From positions 1 to 52,173 of the forward strand of contig CALVZD010000002.1 in the NCBI GenBank assembly GCA_944372435.1: a stretch of 52,173 nucleotides of DNA. The letters are read 5' to 3'. The position numbers were made by a program, and so were the translations under genes. The notes under the pieces were generated by a model. It was not told the origin of the DNA, did not search any database, and saw only the letters and a list, made by a program, of their open reading frames with translations. Of the stretch, positions 16,336-26,672 are shown in pieces. Numbering within the stretch: the first letter of the stretch is position 1; each line of letters opens with the position of its first letter. Source of the stretch: an uncultured Clostridia bacterium (GTDB taxonomy: Bacteria; Bacillota; Clostridia; Christensenellales; UBA1242).

Positions 16336-16755
16336 TTACAACTTTTTTATCCTTCTGTAATGCCTGCCGCCATCGAAATTTGTGGTGAGAAAGACTTTTA
16401 TGATCCTGATCGCCTTGCTTTGACCCATATTTTCTCCTGGCAACACCAAAACATTGGCATCGTTGTGAGCGCGAGCAAGCTCTGCCATTTTTGTGTTAAG
16501 GCAAAGCGCTCCTCTGATTTTTGGGTTTCGGTTGACTGCGATGCTCATGCCGATCCCAGTGCCGCAAATAAAAATGCCGACATTGTGCGGATCTTCCAAA
16601 ACTTTGGCAACGCCTTTTTTGGCATAGTCAGGATAGTCGACACCCTCTTTTGAATAGGTGCCAACGTCGATCGTTATGATCGACTCGTTGTTGAAGAACT
16701 TTTTTATTTTTTCTTTGAGCTCATAGCCCCTGTGGTCACACGCGAGTATTATCAC
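16336..16755 (-). CDS. rpiB: Ribose-5-phosphate isomerase B
   Basis: ILACDHRGYELK and CGTGIGMSIAVNR motifs. GTG start at 16755 lies 6 nt after GGAGG and overlaps the upstream stop (GTGA). Confidence 0.88.
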   Translation of the reverse strand: MIILACDHRGYELKEKIKKFFNNESIITIDVGTYSKEGVDYPDYAKKGVAKVLEDPHNVGIFICGTGIGMSIAVNRNPKIRGALCLNTKMAELARAHNDANVLVLPGENMGQSKAIRIIKVFLTTNFDGGRHYRRIKKL

Positions 16756-17189
16756 TGTTCGCCTCCAATTTTTAATAATTTTTCTGTCAAGTTTTGACAA
16801 GCCTTGTCAATCAGTTTTGCGCAAGCAAGATAGGTTTCATAGTCCGCCCCATATGGATCCGGAATTTCCTGCCCGCAGAGATCTTTCATCTCAATGACCC
16901 TGCCTGCCACTTTGTTTTTGATAGCGCCAGTCATCGCCACATACAGCGTTTTCAGGTCGAACTTTTTGAGTTTGACGCTTTTGCGCTTTTTGGAATCTGC
17001 GTCAAGAGCTTTGAGCGCTTTGCAAGCATTTGGTGAGCTCATCTCGCCAGTAGCCAAAAGACCTCGCGACGAGATTTGAACAAAGTCAATCCCCGCTTCT
17101 TTGACTCGTTTTTTCATAAGCCTTTCTGCCATAAATGATCGACAGGTGTTGCCTGTGCAAACAAAGCATAATTTAATTTTCCCTTGCAT
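16752..17189 (-). CDS. Low-molecular-weight protein-tyrosine phosphatase family protein
   Basis: CFVCTGNTCRS P-loop (CX5RS) and the DPY motif. Confidence 0.85.
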   Translation of the reverse strand: MQGKIKLCFVCTGNTCRSFMAERLMKKRVKEAGIDFVQISSRGLLATGEMSSPNACKALKALDADSKKRKSVKLKKFDLKTLYVAMTGAIKNKVAGRVIEMKDLCGQEIPDPYGADYETYLACAKLIDKACQNLTEKLLKIGGEQ

Positions 17190-17230
17190 GAGAAAATATT
17201 AACACAAAATAAAAAAAAATCAAAGTAAAC

Positions 17231-17581
17231 TCACTTTGATTTTTTCTTTTTCAAAAATTTAGCAAGGTCGATCTCTTTGCTTTTGTAAAGTCTGTCGAGA
17301 TTATAGCGCGATCTAGCTGCAAGCGTGAACAGATGAACATATATATTTGAGAAGCACAAGATGATCCACTCACCCTTGTGATAGCCATCTCTTTCGCCAT
17401 CAAGCTGAAACTTTTTGCAAAGCTCATCAGCGACTTTTTTGTTTTCGTCTGGGTTTGTCGCGCTTGCAACAACAAAAAACTTTGGCTCTCCATTTTCAGT
17501 CAAGTCAAAGGTTGCAACATTTTTGCACCTGCTGCTCTTTAAAAACTCGCAGATTTTGATTATTCTTTCCGTCGCTGTCAT
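17231..17581 (-). CDS. rsfS: Ribosome silencing factor RsfS
   Basis: Typical 116 aa with ...FVVASATN... and GEWIILCFSNIYVHLF (the W-x-L-D/F-hhh-H-hF pattern). Confidence 0.85.
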   Translation of the reverse strand: MTATERIIKICEFLKSSRCKNVATFDLTENGEPKFFVVASATNPDENKKVADELCKKFQLDGERDGYHKGEWIILCFSNIYVHLFTLAARSRYNLDRLYKSKEIDLAKFLKKKKSK

Positions 17582-17665
17582 CCTTTTTACATTTTACTAT
17601 ATTTTTTTCAAAAAAACAATAAAATTTGACTTATTTTTTGCTTTTGCTTAGGACAAAATTAAGAT

Positions 17666-18466
17666 ATGCAAAAAGTTTCGAGATTTTTTCAAGTTTTTTT
17701 CAAGTTTTTGTTGATATTTTTTGTCGTTTTTATCTGGGTGCGATATTTTGTGAGAACGCTTTGGCTGGCTGCGTTGATATCAGCTGGAGTTACGATTGTT
17801 ATTGACCTAATTTCAAAAATATTTTCGAAAAGAAAAAATTCAAGCGCGCTGACAAAAAAAGCGGATCGCGAAAAAGCCGAAAATTGTTTTTTGTCGCTTG
17901 CCATGAGCTCGAACGCCCTTGACTTTTTTTTCAAGCTTGCCTCTTCTCGCCATAGCTGCAAAAAATTGTCAAACTGCGTGCTGATTTTGCATCCTGAAAG
18001 CAGAATCTTGCTCTTTCCTAAGCTGAGCTTTTATTGCCTTTCGCCAGACGATGTGGCGCAGATCATACTTTCGACAAAATCACACAACCCAACAAAAATC
18101 GTCATCGTTTGTCACTCATTTTCAAAAGAGGCGGCGTCATTTGCAAAAAACTTTGATTTTGAAATTTTGCTGCTTGATGAGTACGACGCATATCAAAAGC
18201 TATACAAAAATTATGAAATTTTTCCTGAAATCAAGTTTTCATACAAAAAAGACAAGCGTCTTGCATTCAAAGACCTTGCCATGTTTTCTCTCAATCGCTC
18301 TCGCGCAAAAGGATATTTCTTTTCAGCCCTGATTTTGATTTTATCGTCACTTTTTGTGCGCGCCAGTCTTTATTATGCGATCGTCGCCTCGGTGCTGGTG
18401 CTGCTCGCCCTCATTTCACTTTACGACCCTTTTTCGAAAAACAAAACAAAAAGCGAGCTGCTTTAA
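17666..18466 (+). CDS. Hypothetical membrane protein
   Basis: 266 aa. Two N-terminal and two C-terminal TM helices around a soluble core. Divergent from rsfS. No assignable motif. Confidence 0.5.
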   Translation: MQKVSRFFQVFFKFLLIFFVVFIWVRYFVRTLWLAALISAGVTIVIDLISKIFSKRKNSSALTKKADREKAENCFLSLAMSSNALDFFFKLASSRHSCKKLSNCVLILHPESRILLFPKLSFYCLSPDDVAQIILSTKSHNPTKIVIVCHSFSKEAASFAKNFDFEILLLDEYDAYQKLYKNYEIFPEIKFSYKKDKRLAFKDLAMFSLNRSRAKGYFFSALILILSSLFVRASLYYAIVASVLVLLALISLYDPFSKNKTKSELL

Positions 18467-18756
18467 AGCTCTATGTTGTGTTTTTTCTTTTTGGTCGAGC
18501 GTTTGTAGATGATGAGCATCGAACCTATCGACTGCACAGGTTCAGCACCAGTTTTTTGGCAAATTTCGCTCATCAGCTCTTGCGGGTGAAACGGACAAGT
18601 TTTAAGCAGCTTGATTTTGACAAGTTCGCGCGCTTCCAGCAGCAGCCGTATCGCCTCGAACGAGTTTTCGCTGAGGCCGTCTTTGCCGACCTGCATAACA
18701 GGATCCAGCGCGTTGCCAAGAGCCCTCAGGCTTGCGCGTTGTTTTGATGTTAACAT
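18463..18756 (-). CDS. yhbY: YhbY/CRS1-family RNA-binding protein
   Basis: [28 protein letters not shown]... matches the CRM domain. The ATG at 18756 follows AAGGAGGGG. Confidence 0.85.
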   Translation of the reverse strand: MLTSKQRASLRALGNALDPVMQVGKDGLSENSFEAIRLLLEARELVKIKLLKTCPFHPQELMSEICQKTGAEPVQSIGSMLIIYKRSTKKKKHNIEL

Positions 18757-18773
18757 TTTCCCCTCCTTGAAAA

Positions 18774-19316
18774 TCAGGCTATCTCGAACCAAAATCTCAT
18801 AAAAGTTTCGCCAGTTTTGGCATATTTTTTCTTGTTTTCAAAAATGCCGCCAGCTTTTTGTATGCTTTTTGCAGAGGCATGGTTGGTGTCAAGACAAGTG
18901 ACAAGCACTCTGCTCAGCCCCAGCTTTTTGGCTTTTTTTATGCCAAGTTGCAGCATTTTTGCCGAATAGCCATGATTGCGCTCCGATGGCCTTATGCTGC
19001 CGCCAAAATTTCCGCCAAAGTTTTTGAGGTGGTCGTTGAGCTCGTGCCTGATGCTGAGCATTCCGATAAGCCTTCCGTCAGATTTTCGCCTGAGCAGATA
19101 CTGCGTGGCTGGCACAAAACCTTCAACCGGAACAGTTTGCTGCTTTTCAAAAAGTCTTGTGTTTTTCAGCCATTTTTGATATGAGTCAAATTCTGGAAGC
19201 GAAGTTGAACCAGGGATATTGTTTTCGCCACTAGAAAAAAACTCATTTTTAAACTCTTCAACATCCTTTTGGTCAGATTTTTTCGGCTTGACAAGTTTTA
19301 CATCATTCGTGTTCAT
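18774..19316 (-). CDS. GNAT-family acetyltransferase (COG3981-like)
   Basis: [10 protein letters not shown]...[18 protein letters not shown]...VLVTC acetyl-CoA-binding core. Probable start MNTNDV at 19316 after GGAG. Confidence 0.75.
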   Translation of the reverse strand: MNTNDVKLVKPKKSDQKDVEEFKNEFFSSGENNIPGSTSLPEFDSYQKWLKNTRLFEKQQTVPVEGFVPATQYLLRRKSDGRLIGMLSIRHELNDHLKNFGGNFGGSIRPSERNHGYSAKMLQLGIKKAKKLGLSRVLVTCLDTNHASAKSIQKAGGIFENKKKYAKTGETFMRFWFEIA

Positions 19317-19324
19317 TTTGACTC

Positions 19325-20590
19325 CTATTCGATCCACTCAAATTCGATATCCTTGATTTTGACGGTGTCGCCATTTTTCAAGCCTTGGTTTTTCAGCATT
19401 TCGATGATGCCCATCTCTTGCAATCTGTTTTGAAAGTAAGCAAAAGAGCGAGGATCATCCAAAAACACGCCTCTGACAAAATTGTCAATTTTGCCGCCGC
19501 TAACTTCAAAAACTCCGCCATTTTTTTGTATAACAACGCTTTCAAGGTCGGTTTTGTCAAAGTCGAATTTTTCCACTTGAACGGGCGGTTTTTTGGGAAG
19601 AGTGGAAAGCTTTTCAAGCGTTTTGAGCAAAAGCTCGTCCACACCCTCGTGCAAAATTGAAGAGATGGCAATCGGACGGATATGATATTTTTTTTCAAAG
19701 TCGCTGATTCTTTTTTTCAAAAGCTCTTCGTCGATTTCGTCACTTTTTGAAAACACGACAAGCTGCGGAGTTTTTGCAAGCTCTTGGCTGTATTTTGCAA
19801 GCTCTGAGTTGATCGTTTCGTAATCTGCCATATAGTCTCGCCCTTCGCTTTGCGAAACATCGACAAGATGCAAAATCAGCCTCACGCGCTCAACATGCTT
19901 TAAAAAATAATGCCCAAGCCCTTGCCCCTCGCTTGCGCCCTCGATGAGCCCTGGGATGTCCGCCACGACAAAGGTCTGTCCTCGCACCTCTACAACTCCA
20001 AGATTTGGATAGAGAGTTGTGAAAGGATAGTTGGCTATTTTTGGATTGGCGTTTGAGATCACCGAAAGAAGTGTCGATTTTCCGACGTTTGGATAGCCGA
20101 CAAGACCGACATCTGCTATCGTTTTAAGCTCCAAAATGACCTCGCGCTCTTTGGTTTTCATGCCCTGCTGCGAAAAAGCCGGAGCTTGTTTTATCGAAGT
20201 TTTGTAATATGCGTTTCCGTGCCCACCATTTCCGCCGCGAAGCGCAACAAAAGTTTTGCCGTTTTCGTTGAGATCTGCGATAACTTTGTTAGTTTCGGCA
20301 TCGATCAAAACAGTTCCGCACGGCACATCGATCACGACATCCTTGCCGCTGGCACCTGTTTTGAGCTGGCGAGAGCCTGCCTCGCCGTTTTCGGCATGAA
20401 ACTTCTTTTTAAAACGGAAGTTATAGAGCGTGTTCATCCCCTCATTTGCGCGAAAGACAATATCACCGCCCTTTCCGCCATCGCCACCGTCAGGGCCGCC
20501 TTTCATCGTGAGTTTTGTGCGCAAAAAACTCAGGCTGCCATCGCCGCCATCGCCTGCTTTGATTTTGATTTTGACTCTGTCTAAAAACAT
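19325..20590 (-). CDS. obg: GTPase Obg/CgtA
   Basis: MFLDRVKIKIKAGDGGDG Obg fold. G1 GYPNVGKST, G3 DIPGLIEGA, C-terminal OCT domain. Confidence 0.95.
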   Translation of the reverse strand: MFLDRVKIKIKAGDGGDGSLSFLRTKLTMKGGPDGGDGGKGGDIVFRANEGMNTLYNFRFKKKFHAENGEAGSRQLKTGASGKDVVIDVPCGTVLIDAETNKVIADLNENGKTFVALRGGNGGHGNAYYKTSIKQAPAFSQQGMKTKEREVILELKTIADVGLVGYPNVGKSTLLSVISNANPKIANYPFTTLYPNLGVVEVRGQTFVVADIPGLIEGASEGQGLGHYFLKHVERVRLILHLVDVSQSEGRDYMADYETINSELAKYSQELAKTPQLVVFSKSDEIDEELLKKRISDFEKKYHIRPIAISSILHEGVDELLLKTLEKLSTLPKKPPVQVEKFDFDKTDLESVVIQKNGGVFEVSGGKIDNFVRGVFLDDPRSFAYFQNRLQEMGIIEMLKNQGLKNGDTVKIKDIEFEWIE

Positions 20591-20603
20591 CCGCGCCTCG
20601 TTT

Positions 20604-21227
20604 TTATTTTTGCTTCAAAAAATAGCTGCAAATTTTTTGAAAGGGACAATCTTTGCAATCTGGTTTTTGCGCTTTGCATTTATACCGGCCAAACAGCACC
20701 ATTTGATAGTGCAAGCGCGACCAAGAGCTTTTTGGGAAAAATTGTTTGAGATCCTCTTCCACTTTGTCTGGGTTGTCGCTTTTGGTCAAACCCAGCCTGT
20801 TTGAAACTCGCAAAACGTGGGTGTCGACCGCAAAAGCGTCGCCTTTGAATGCCTCAGATATCACGACATTTGCAGTTTTTCTGCCCACGCCGCGAAGTGA
20901 AGTGAGCTCCTCAATCGTTTGTGGAACGACGCCATCAAACTTTTGAATGATGTCGCGACTCATTTCTAGTATTGCCTTCGATTTTGAGTTGTAAAACCCG
21001 CAAGAGTGAATCAGCTTGCCAAGCTGCTGCTGAGAAAGCGTGAGCATACTCTCAGGCGTGTTGTAGGTTTTGAAAAGCTCGCGCGTGACCATGTTGACTC
21101 GTTTGTCAGTGCACTGCGCCGACAAAATCACAGCCACGAGAAGTTCGTATGGCGAATGATATTCAAGCTCGCATTTTGGATCTGGCACAAGCTCGTCGAA
21201 GGCCTGTGTTATTTGCCTGCTTGTCAT
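20604..21227 (-). CDS. nth: Endonuclease III
   Basis: HhH-GPD LRGVGRKTANVV, catalytic D in AVDTHV, and the C-terminal 4Fe-4S motif CKAQKPDCKDCPFQKIC. Confidence 0.92.
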   Translation of the reverse strand: MTSRQITQAFDELVPDPKCELEYHSPYELLVAVILSAQCTDKRVNMVTRELFKTYNTPESMLTLSQQQLGKLIHSCGFYNSKSKAILEMSRDIIQKFDGVVPQTIEELTSLRGVGRKTANVVISEAFKGDAFAVDTHVLRVSNRLGLTKSDNPDKVEEDLKQFFPKSSWSRLHYQMVLFGRYKCKAQKPDCKDCPFQKICSYFLKQK

Positions 21228-21229
21228 AT

Positions 21230-22690
21230 TTACCTCATGATTGGGAAGAGCACAGTGTCACGGATGTTTGGAAGATCGAAAATTGTCATGATAAATCTGT
21301 CGATTCCAAAGCCTAGCCCTGAAATTGGAGGCATGCCGTGCTCCATTGCGCGAAGGAAGTCTTCATCGAGATCCATCGCTTCGTCATCGCCGCCCAGCTT
21401 GTCTTTGAGCTGATCCTCCAAAGTTTGACGCTGCTGAATTGGATCGACAAGCTCTGAGTAAGCGTTGACAATTTCTGCGCCGCACACGACCACCTGAAAG
21501 GCGTCGACCAAGCGCTCGTCATGGTCGTTTCTTCTTGCAAGTGGCTTTAAAACAGCTGGATAGTTGTAAAGGATGGTTGGACCCACCATACCTTCGCGAA
21601 TTTTGCGCTTGTAAACATAGTCGATCAGCGCTCGCACCGACGAGTATGGTTCAAGTTCGGCAAAAGAGAAGAGCTTTGCTGCAACGATCTTCTTTTTAAA
21701 CTCGTCTGGATCAGTTTCTGCAAGAAAGTCAAAGCCAAAAATTTCGCGCATTTTGGCGGTGTAGTCAACCCTTTGCCACTCTTTTCCAAAATCCACTTCG
21801 TTGCCTTGATAGGTTATTTTTGTTGTGCCGATCGTCTCCATCAAAAGCTTTTTCATAAAGTCTTGAAAGAAAGCGATGTTGTCTTCAAAATCCCAATATG
21901 AGGCATACCACTCAACCTGAGTGAACTCCTGCAAGTGCGTTGGATCCATGCCCTCATTTCGAAAGTCTTTGCCAAGCTCAAACACCCTGTCAAAACCACC
22001 AGCGATCGCCTGCTTTAACCATGTTTCAGTTGCTATGCGAAGGTTGCATTCAAGGTCAAGAGCGTTGTGTTTTGTGAAAAATGGCTTTGCTGTTGCTCCG
22101 CTCACGCTGGTTTGGATGATCGGCGTTTCGATTTCGATAAAGCCATGGTTTTCAAGATAGCGCCTGATAAACGAGCAGACTTTGCTGCGTGTCAAAAACA
22201 CCTTGCGTGCCTGCTCGCTGGCAACAAGATCAAGATAGCGCTGACGATATTTGGTTTCAACATCGGTCAGCCCATGAAATTTTTCAGGAAGCGGTCTGAG
22301 CGCCTTGGAAAGAAGTGTCAGCTTTTCTGCTCTGACAGTGACCTCACCTGTTTGAGTGACATAGACCTCACCTTCAACGCCGACAAAGTCGCCAAGGTCG
22401 ATCATCTTTTTGTAAAAGTCATAGTCCTCCTCGCTCAGCTCATTTCTGCCAACTGAAACTTGGATGTGCGCTTCGATGTCGCGAATTTGCATAAAGCCAA
22501 ACTTGCCCATGATTCTCCTGAAAACCATGCGCCCTGCAACTTTGACTTTTTCGCCTATTTTTTCACGCGCCTCTTTGATCGTGCAGGTGCGGTCAAATTT
22601 TGCTTTGTAAACAATTTCGCCTTTACTTTTGAGTTGTTTGATTTTTTCGCGTCTGATGTCGACTTCGTTTGATAAATTAGTCTCTGCCAT
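21230..22690 (-). CDS. lysS: Lysine--tRNA ligase (class II)
   Basis: N-terminal OB fold, FELGKDFRNEG motif 2 and GLGFGIDRFIM motif 3. Confidence 0.95.
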   Translation of the reverse strand: MAETNLSNEVDIRREKIKQLKSKGEIVYKAKFDRTCTIKEAREKIGEKVKVAGRMVFRRIMGKFGFMQIRDIEAHIQVSVGRNELSEEDYDFYKKMIDLGDFVGVEGEVYVTQTGEVTVRAEKLTLLSKALRPLPEKFHGLTDVETKYRQRYLDLVASEQARKVFLTRSKVCSFIRRYLENHGFIEIETPIIQTSVSGATAKPFFTKHNALDLECNLRIATETWLKQAIAGGFDRVFELGKDFRNEGMDPTHLQEFTQVEWYASYWDFEDNIAFFQDFMKKLLMETIGTTKITYQGNEVDFGKEWQRVDYTAKMREIFGFDFLAETDPDEFKKKIVAAKLFSFAELEPYSSVRALIDYVYKRKIREGMVGPTILYNYPAVLKPLARRNDHDERLVDAFQVVVCGAEIVNAYSELVDPIQQRQTLEDQLKDKLGGDDEAMDLDEDFLRAMEHGMPPISGLGFGIDRFIMTIFDLPNIRDTVLFPIMR

Positions 22691-22742
22691 AGATATTTCT
22701 CCTTATAGTAAAAAATACCATTATTTGGCAGCAAAAGTCAAT

Positions 22743-23276
22743 TTAATTAAAGCGATTTTGATAAAACTTTAAATTTTTTAGCACATTTTCGAGATATTTT
22801 TGGGTTTCTGGATAAGGAATATGAAAAAGCGTTTCTCCGTCGCTTGAATAGTTTTCATCATTTAGCCACGCCCTAACGCGAGATGGTCCCGCATTGTAGG
22901 CGCAAATCGCAGCCTCAAAATTTGAAAAACTTTTCAAGAGTTTTGAAAGATAAAAGCTTCCAAACTCAATGTTAGTTTTGGGGTCGAAAAGGTCATACTC
23001 GCTTTTTTCAAGCTGCCCAGCAATCGCTTGCGCCGTCGACGGCATCAGCTGCATAAGCCCGACCGCGCCTTTGTTTGAAACAGCGGTTTTGTCAAACGAG
23101 CTTTCGCTGTTGATCACCGCCGCAATCAGAGGCGCTTCAACCTCAAAACGCAGGCTTGCACTTATGATCATATCTTGATATTTTAGCGGATACGCAAGAG
23201 CATACATCAAAAAAGTCTGTGCCACGACAAAGAGCGTGACAATGCTCAAAATTAAAACCTGCAAGCGGACTTTCAT
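22743..23276 (-). CDS. Lytic transglycosylase (SLT domain) with an N-terminal signal anchor
   Basis: INSESSFDKTAVSNKGAVGLMQLMPSTA and AYNAGPSRV motifs. N-terminal hydrophobic helix. Confidence 0.85.
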   Translation of the reverse strand: MKVRLQVLILSIVTLFVVAQTFLMYALAYPLKYQDMIISASLRFEVEAPLIAAVINSESSFDKTAVSNKGAVGLMQLMPSTAQAIAGQLEKSEYDLFDPKTNIEFGSFYLSKLLKSFSNFEAAICAYNAGPSRVRAWLNDENYSSDGETLFHIPYPETQKYLENVLKNLKFYQNRFN

Positions 23277-23304
23277 ATTTTTAGGTTATGCCCGCGCGGC
23301 TCTT

Positions 23305-23529
23305 TTATTCGCCAGCAAAAAATCCTGCAAAGCTCGAATAGCCGCGCTGCGGAAAGTGCTTTTTGACAAGGTCAAGATAGTCCGTCAAAAATCGAACGCT
23401 GATGCCACAAGTTCTGCCCGCCTGTTTGGGCGTTGATGTCACCGCGCATGGTATGCCGAGCTTTTTTAGATAACCGGCAAAAGAAATAGTGTCATTTCTT
23501 GACTTAAAAACTGCATAGGTATAGTGCAA
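23305..23529 (-). CDS. DUF3343-type small protein (putative S/Se carrier-like)
   Basis: ...YAVFKSRNDTISFAGYLKKLGIPCAVTSTPKQAGRTCGISVRF matches the DUF3343 pattern. TTG at 23529 lies 6 nt after GGAGG (the track ORF extends to 23553). Divergent from the cysteine desulfurase gene. Confidence 0.65.
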   Translation of the reverse strand: MHYTYAVFKSRNDTISFAGYLKKLGIPCAVTSTPKQAGRTCGISVRFLTDYLDLVKKHFPQRGYSSFAGFFAGE

Positions 23530-23612
23530 AGCGTGCCTCCAAATATTCACCAATTCTTTTCACTTACACTATATTATTTAGAGGAGCATTATGTTTCCAA
23601 AAGGAGGCAAAT

Positions 23613-24755
23613 TTGATATATTTAGACAACAGTGCCACCACTTTTGTTAAGCCAAAAGAGGTTTTGCGAAAGCTAAATCTCGCCGTGACAAAATGCGCAG
23701 CAAATCCTGGCAGAAGTGGCCACAAACTCAGCATCATGGCAGCAAGCGAAGTGGAAAGCACGCGCCAAAAACTTGCCGAAATGTTTTGCCTTGAAAGCGA
23801 AAGTAATGTCATTTTCACGGCAAACTGCTCGGCTGCGCTAAATCTTGCGATACTTGGATCAGTCAAAAGCGGAGGCCATGTCGTTTGCACCGAAAATGAG
23901 CACAACTCGGTTTTAAGACCACTCGAGCATTTGAAAGCGCAAGGCAAGATTGACTATACCGTGGCAAGACAAAGCAAGCCTGGCGGAATCTGCCGCGAAG
24001 ACATTGAAAAATGCCTCCGAAAAAACACCTATATGGTCATATGCAACCATATCTCAAATGTCAACGGCGACACTTGCGATATTCACGCCGTTGGAGAGCT
24101 TTGCAAGGAAAAGGGCTTGCTGTTTTTGGTGGACGGAGCGCAAAGTGGCGGGCACGAAATCATCAACATGAAAAAGGATAACATCTCGTTTTTGGCGCTG
24201 GCACCGCACAAGGGTTTTTATGCGCTGCAAGGGCTTGGCGTGCTGCTTGCAAGCAAACCAGAAGCACTTTCTCCTATCATTTTTGGAGGAACCGGAACCA
24301 ACTCTCTTGAACTTGTGCAACCGGAAATTTTGCCGGAAAGATTTGAAGTTGGCACAATTGCAACGCCAGCGATTTTTGCGCTTTCTGGTGGCATCGACTT
24401 TGTCAAAGAAAACTTTCAGCAGCTTCGCGATCACCTTGACGATCTGACGACCTTTTTGCATTATGAGCTTTCATACTATCCACTGCAAATTTACACCACC
24501 ACCGAAAATGCCAAAGGGGTTTTTGCCTTCAATCTGCCAAACATGCATTCAAGCGAGGTGGCAAGCCTGCTTGATGAAAAATATGGGATTTGCGTTCGAG
24601 GAGGCTATCACTGTGCAGCCAAAAAGCACGAGGCCTTGGGGCTTTTGGACCGAGGCGCCGTGAGGGCTTCGCTTTCGTTTTTCACAACCTTTTCGGATGT
24701 TCAAAAATTTATTCTTGCAATAAAATCAATTTTAAGATCGAAAAAATTGATATAG
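23613..24755 (+). CDS. Class V aminotransferase / cysteine desulfurase (SufS/CsdA-like)
   Basis: TTG start after AGGAGG. IYLDNSATT N-terminus, PLP lysine in ALAPHKGF and active-site RGGYHCAAK. Confidence 0.85.
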   Translation: MIYLDNSATTFVKPKEVLRKLNLAVTKCAANPGRSGHKLSIMAASEVESTRQKLAEMFCLESESNVIFTANCSAALNLAILGSVKSGGHVVCTENEHNSVLRPLEHLKAQGKIDYTVARQSKPGGICREDIEKCLRKNTYMVICNHISNVNGDTCDIHAVGELCKEKGLLFLVDGAQSGGHEIINMKKDNISFLALAPHKGFYALQGLGVLLASKPEALSPIIFGGTGTNSLELVQPEILPERFEVGTIATPAIFALSGGIDFVKENFQQLRDHLDDLTTFLHYELSYYPLQIYTTTENAKGVFAFNLPNMHSSEVASLLDEKYGICVRGGYHCAAKKHEALGLLDRGAVRASLSFFTTFSDVQKFILAIKSILRSKKLI

Positions 24756-24817
24756 CGTTTAAAAATTTATCTTCGCTTTTTTGCAGGCTTTGCCGGCCTG
24801 CGAGAGCAAAATAACAA

Positions 24818-24858
24818 AAAAAAATAGGCATTTTTTCAAAAAAAACGCCTATTTTTTG
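24818..24858. terminator. Bidirectional terminator between convergent genes
   Basis: ATAGGC...GCCTAT hairpin flanked by an A-run and a T-run. Confidence 0.65.
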
Positions 24859-24896
24859 ATTTTTTTATTAAATTATTAACTTTTAACCAAATTCAT

Positions 24897-25598
24897 TTAT
24901 TGTTTGTAATAAATCACACTTCGGCAATTTTCGCAAGTGAGGATCTGCTCGTTTTTAAGTTTTGAAATAGCCGAAGCCGAAAGCTCCATTCTGCATCTGC
25001 CGCAAGTGTTGCCAAGAAGCTGCACAAACACTGGAAAAATTTTGTCAGCTCTTTTTGCTTTGTAGATTTCTAGTGTTTTTGGATTGATATTTTTTTCAAG
25101 AGCGGCAAGCTGTTTTGACAGTTCTGTCATCTTCGGCTCTGACTCTTTGACCTTGGCGTCATATGCCGCTTTGAATTTTTGATATTGCTGCTTTGCCTCG
25201 TTGTAAAGCTTTATTGTGCGATTAAACTCGCTCAAAACATGATTGATGTTTTCGGCAAGCTTTGTGAGGCGTTTGTCAAGCGCGGTTAGGTTTGAAGTGA
25301 CGCGATCTTTTTTGGAAACAGCCTCGTCGATCTGCTCAACAGTCAGTTCGCTCACATCTGAGGACAAAACCTCTGCGCCATGTTTTTTTGTGGCGTCGAT
25401 GCTTTTTTTGAGCTCGCCAAGTTCTTTCAAAATCGCTCCTGCCTGCTCTTCAAGTTGGCTTGATTTTTGCTGTGAAGTGCGAGCTGTTTGATTGAGGTCG
25501 TTGCATCTTTTTTTGTTTGGATCTTTTGCCAAATCTTGCTCCAAGCTGTAGAGTTTTTTGTCAACTTCCTGATATGCTAAAATCGATGTGATATCCAT
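24897..25598 (-). CDS. COG1579/DUF164 coiled-coil protein with a C4 zinc ribbon
   Basis: Long coiled coil followed by CGRCRMEL...CENCRSVIYY. Confidence 0.8.
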   Translation of the reverse strand: MDITSILAYQEVDKKLYSLEQDLAKDPNKKRCNDLNQTARTSQQKSSQLEEQAGAILKELGELKKSIDATKKHGAEVLSSDVSELTVEQIDEAVSKKDRVTSNLTALDKRLTKLAENINHVLSEFNRTIKLYNEAKQQYQKFKAAYDAKVKESEPKMTELSKQLAALEKNINPKTLEIYKAKRADKIFPVFVQLLGNTCGRCRMELSASAISKLKNEQILTCENCRSVIYYKQ

Positions 25599-25610
25599 AT
25601 GTTCTCCTTG

Positions 25611-26672
25611 TTAATCCATAAAGTCAGCAAGTCGCTTGCTGCGGTTTGGGTGTTTGAGTTTTCTGAGCGCTTTGGCTTCGATCTGACGAATACGCTCTCT
25701 TGTGACCTTGAATTCGCGCCCAACCTCTTCCAAAGTTTTTGCGCGGCCGTCTTTAAGGCCATAGCGCTGTCTGATAACCTCCTGCTCACGCGGCGTGAGA
25801 GTGTCGATAACTGCAAGCAGCTGCTCTCTTAAAAGCGTTTGCGTGGCATATTCGACAGGAGACTTTACAGAGTCGTCAACGATGATATCCGTGAGCTTTG
25901 AGTCCTCCTCTTCACCGATAGGCGTTTCGAGCGAAACTGGATCGAGGCCTATCTTTTGGATTTCGACGACCTTCGCTTCGCTGATGCCCATTTCTTCCGC
26001 GATCTCTTCGGTGGTCGGCTCGCGGCAGAGCTTTTGGGTGAGCTGGCGAACGACGCGCTGCGCTTTGTTTATCGTTTCCACCATATGCACAGGAATTCTG
26101 ATCGTTCGAGACTGATCCGCAATGGCACGAGTGATTGACTGGCGGATCCACCAAGTTGCATAGGTTGAAAACTTGAAGCCTTTTGAATAGTCAAACCTTT
26201 CCACAGCTTTGAGAAGCCCAAGATTGCCCTCTTGAATCAGATCCAAAAACGACAAACTCGAAGCTCTTGGTGCCCATTTTTTTGCAACGCTGACAACCAG
26301 CCTGAGGTTCGCTTCGCAAAACTTGGCTTTGGCATATTCGTCGCCTTTCAGGATCCTTTGTGCAAGCTCGATTTCTTCTTCCGATGTCAAAAGCGGCACT
26401 TTTCCGATGTCTTTGAGATAAACTTTGACAGGGTCGTCCACACCGTACTCTGGAATCAGGTCTGAAAAATCTTCTTTTGACAAATCCTCTTCGTCGGATT
26501 TGATGACCTTTATGCCACGGCTTTCAAGCTTTTCGATAAACTGGCGAATATCATCCGGCGAAACGTCATATTTGAGCACTTTGCACAAAACATCGTCGGC
26601 ATTTATTGAGCCTTTTTTTTGAGCTAAGTCTTCAAATTTTTTAAACTCGGCTTCAACTTTTGCATCAAACAT
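25611..26672 (-). CDS. rpoD: RNA polymerase sigma factor, primary (sigma-70/SigA)
   Basis: Regions 1.2 to 4.2 ([43 protein letters not shown]). The ATG at 26672 follows GGAGGAG. The track start 26753 would overlap dnaG by 89 nt. Confidence 0.93.
   Translation of the reverse strand: MFDAKVEAEFKKFEDLAQKKGSINADDVLCKVLKYDVSPDDIRQFIEKLESRGIKVIKSDEEDLSKEDFSDLIPEYGVDDPVKVYLKDIGKVPLLTSEEEIELAQRILKGDEYAKAKFCEANLRLVVSVAKKWAPRASSLSFLDLIQEGNLGLLKAVERFDYSKGFKFSTYATWWIRQSITRAIADQSRTIRIPVHMVETINKAQRVVRQLTQKLCREPTTEEIAEEMGISEAKVVEIQKIGLDPVSLETPIGEEEDSKLTDIIVDDSVKSPVEYATQTLLREQLLAVIDTLTPREQEVIRQRYGLKDGRAKTLEEVGREFKVTRERIRQIEAKALRKLKHPNRSKRLADFMD

Noticed and set aside
23564-23947. 127-aa minus-strand ORF overlapping the start of the cysteine desulfurase gene.
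   Set aside because: It is antisense to a well-supported PLP enzyme gene, has no RBS, and has an unconvincing composition.
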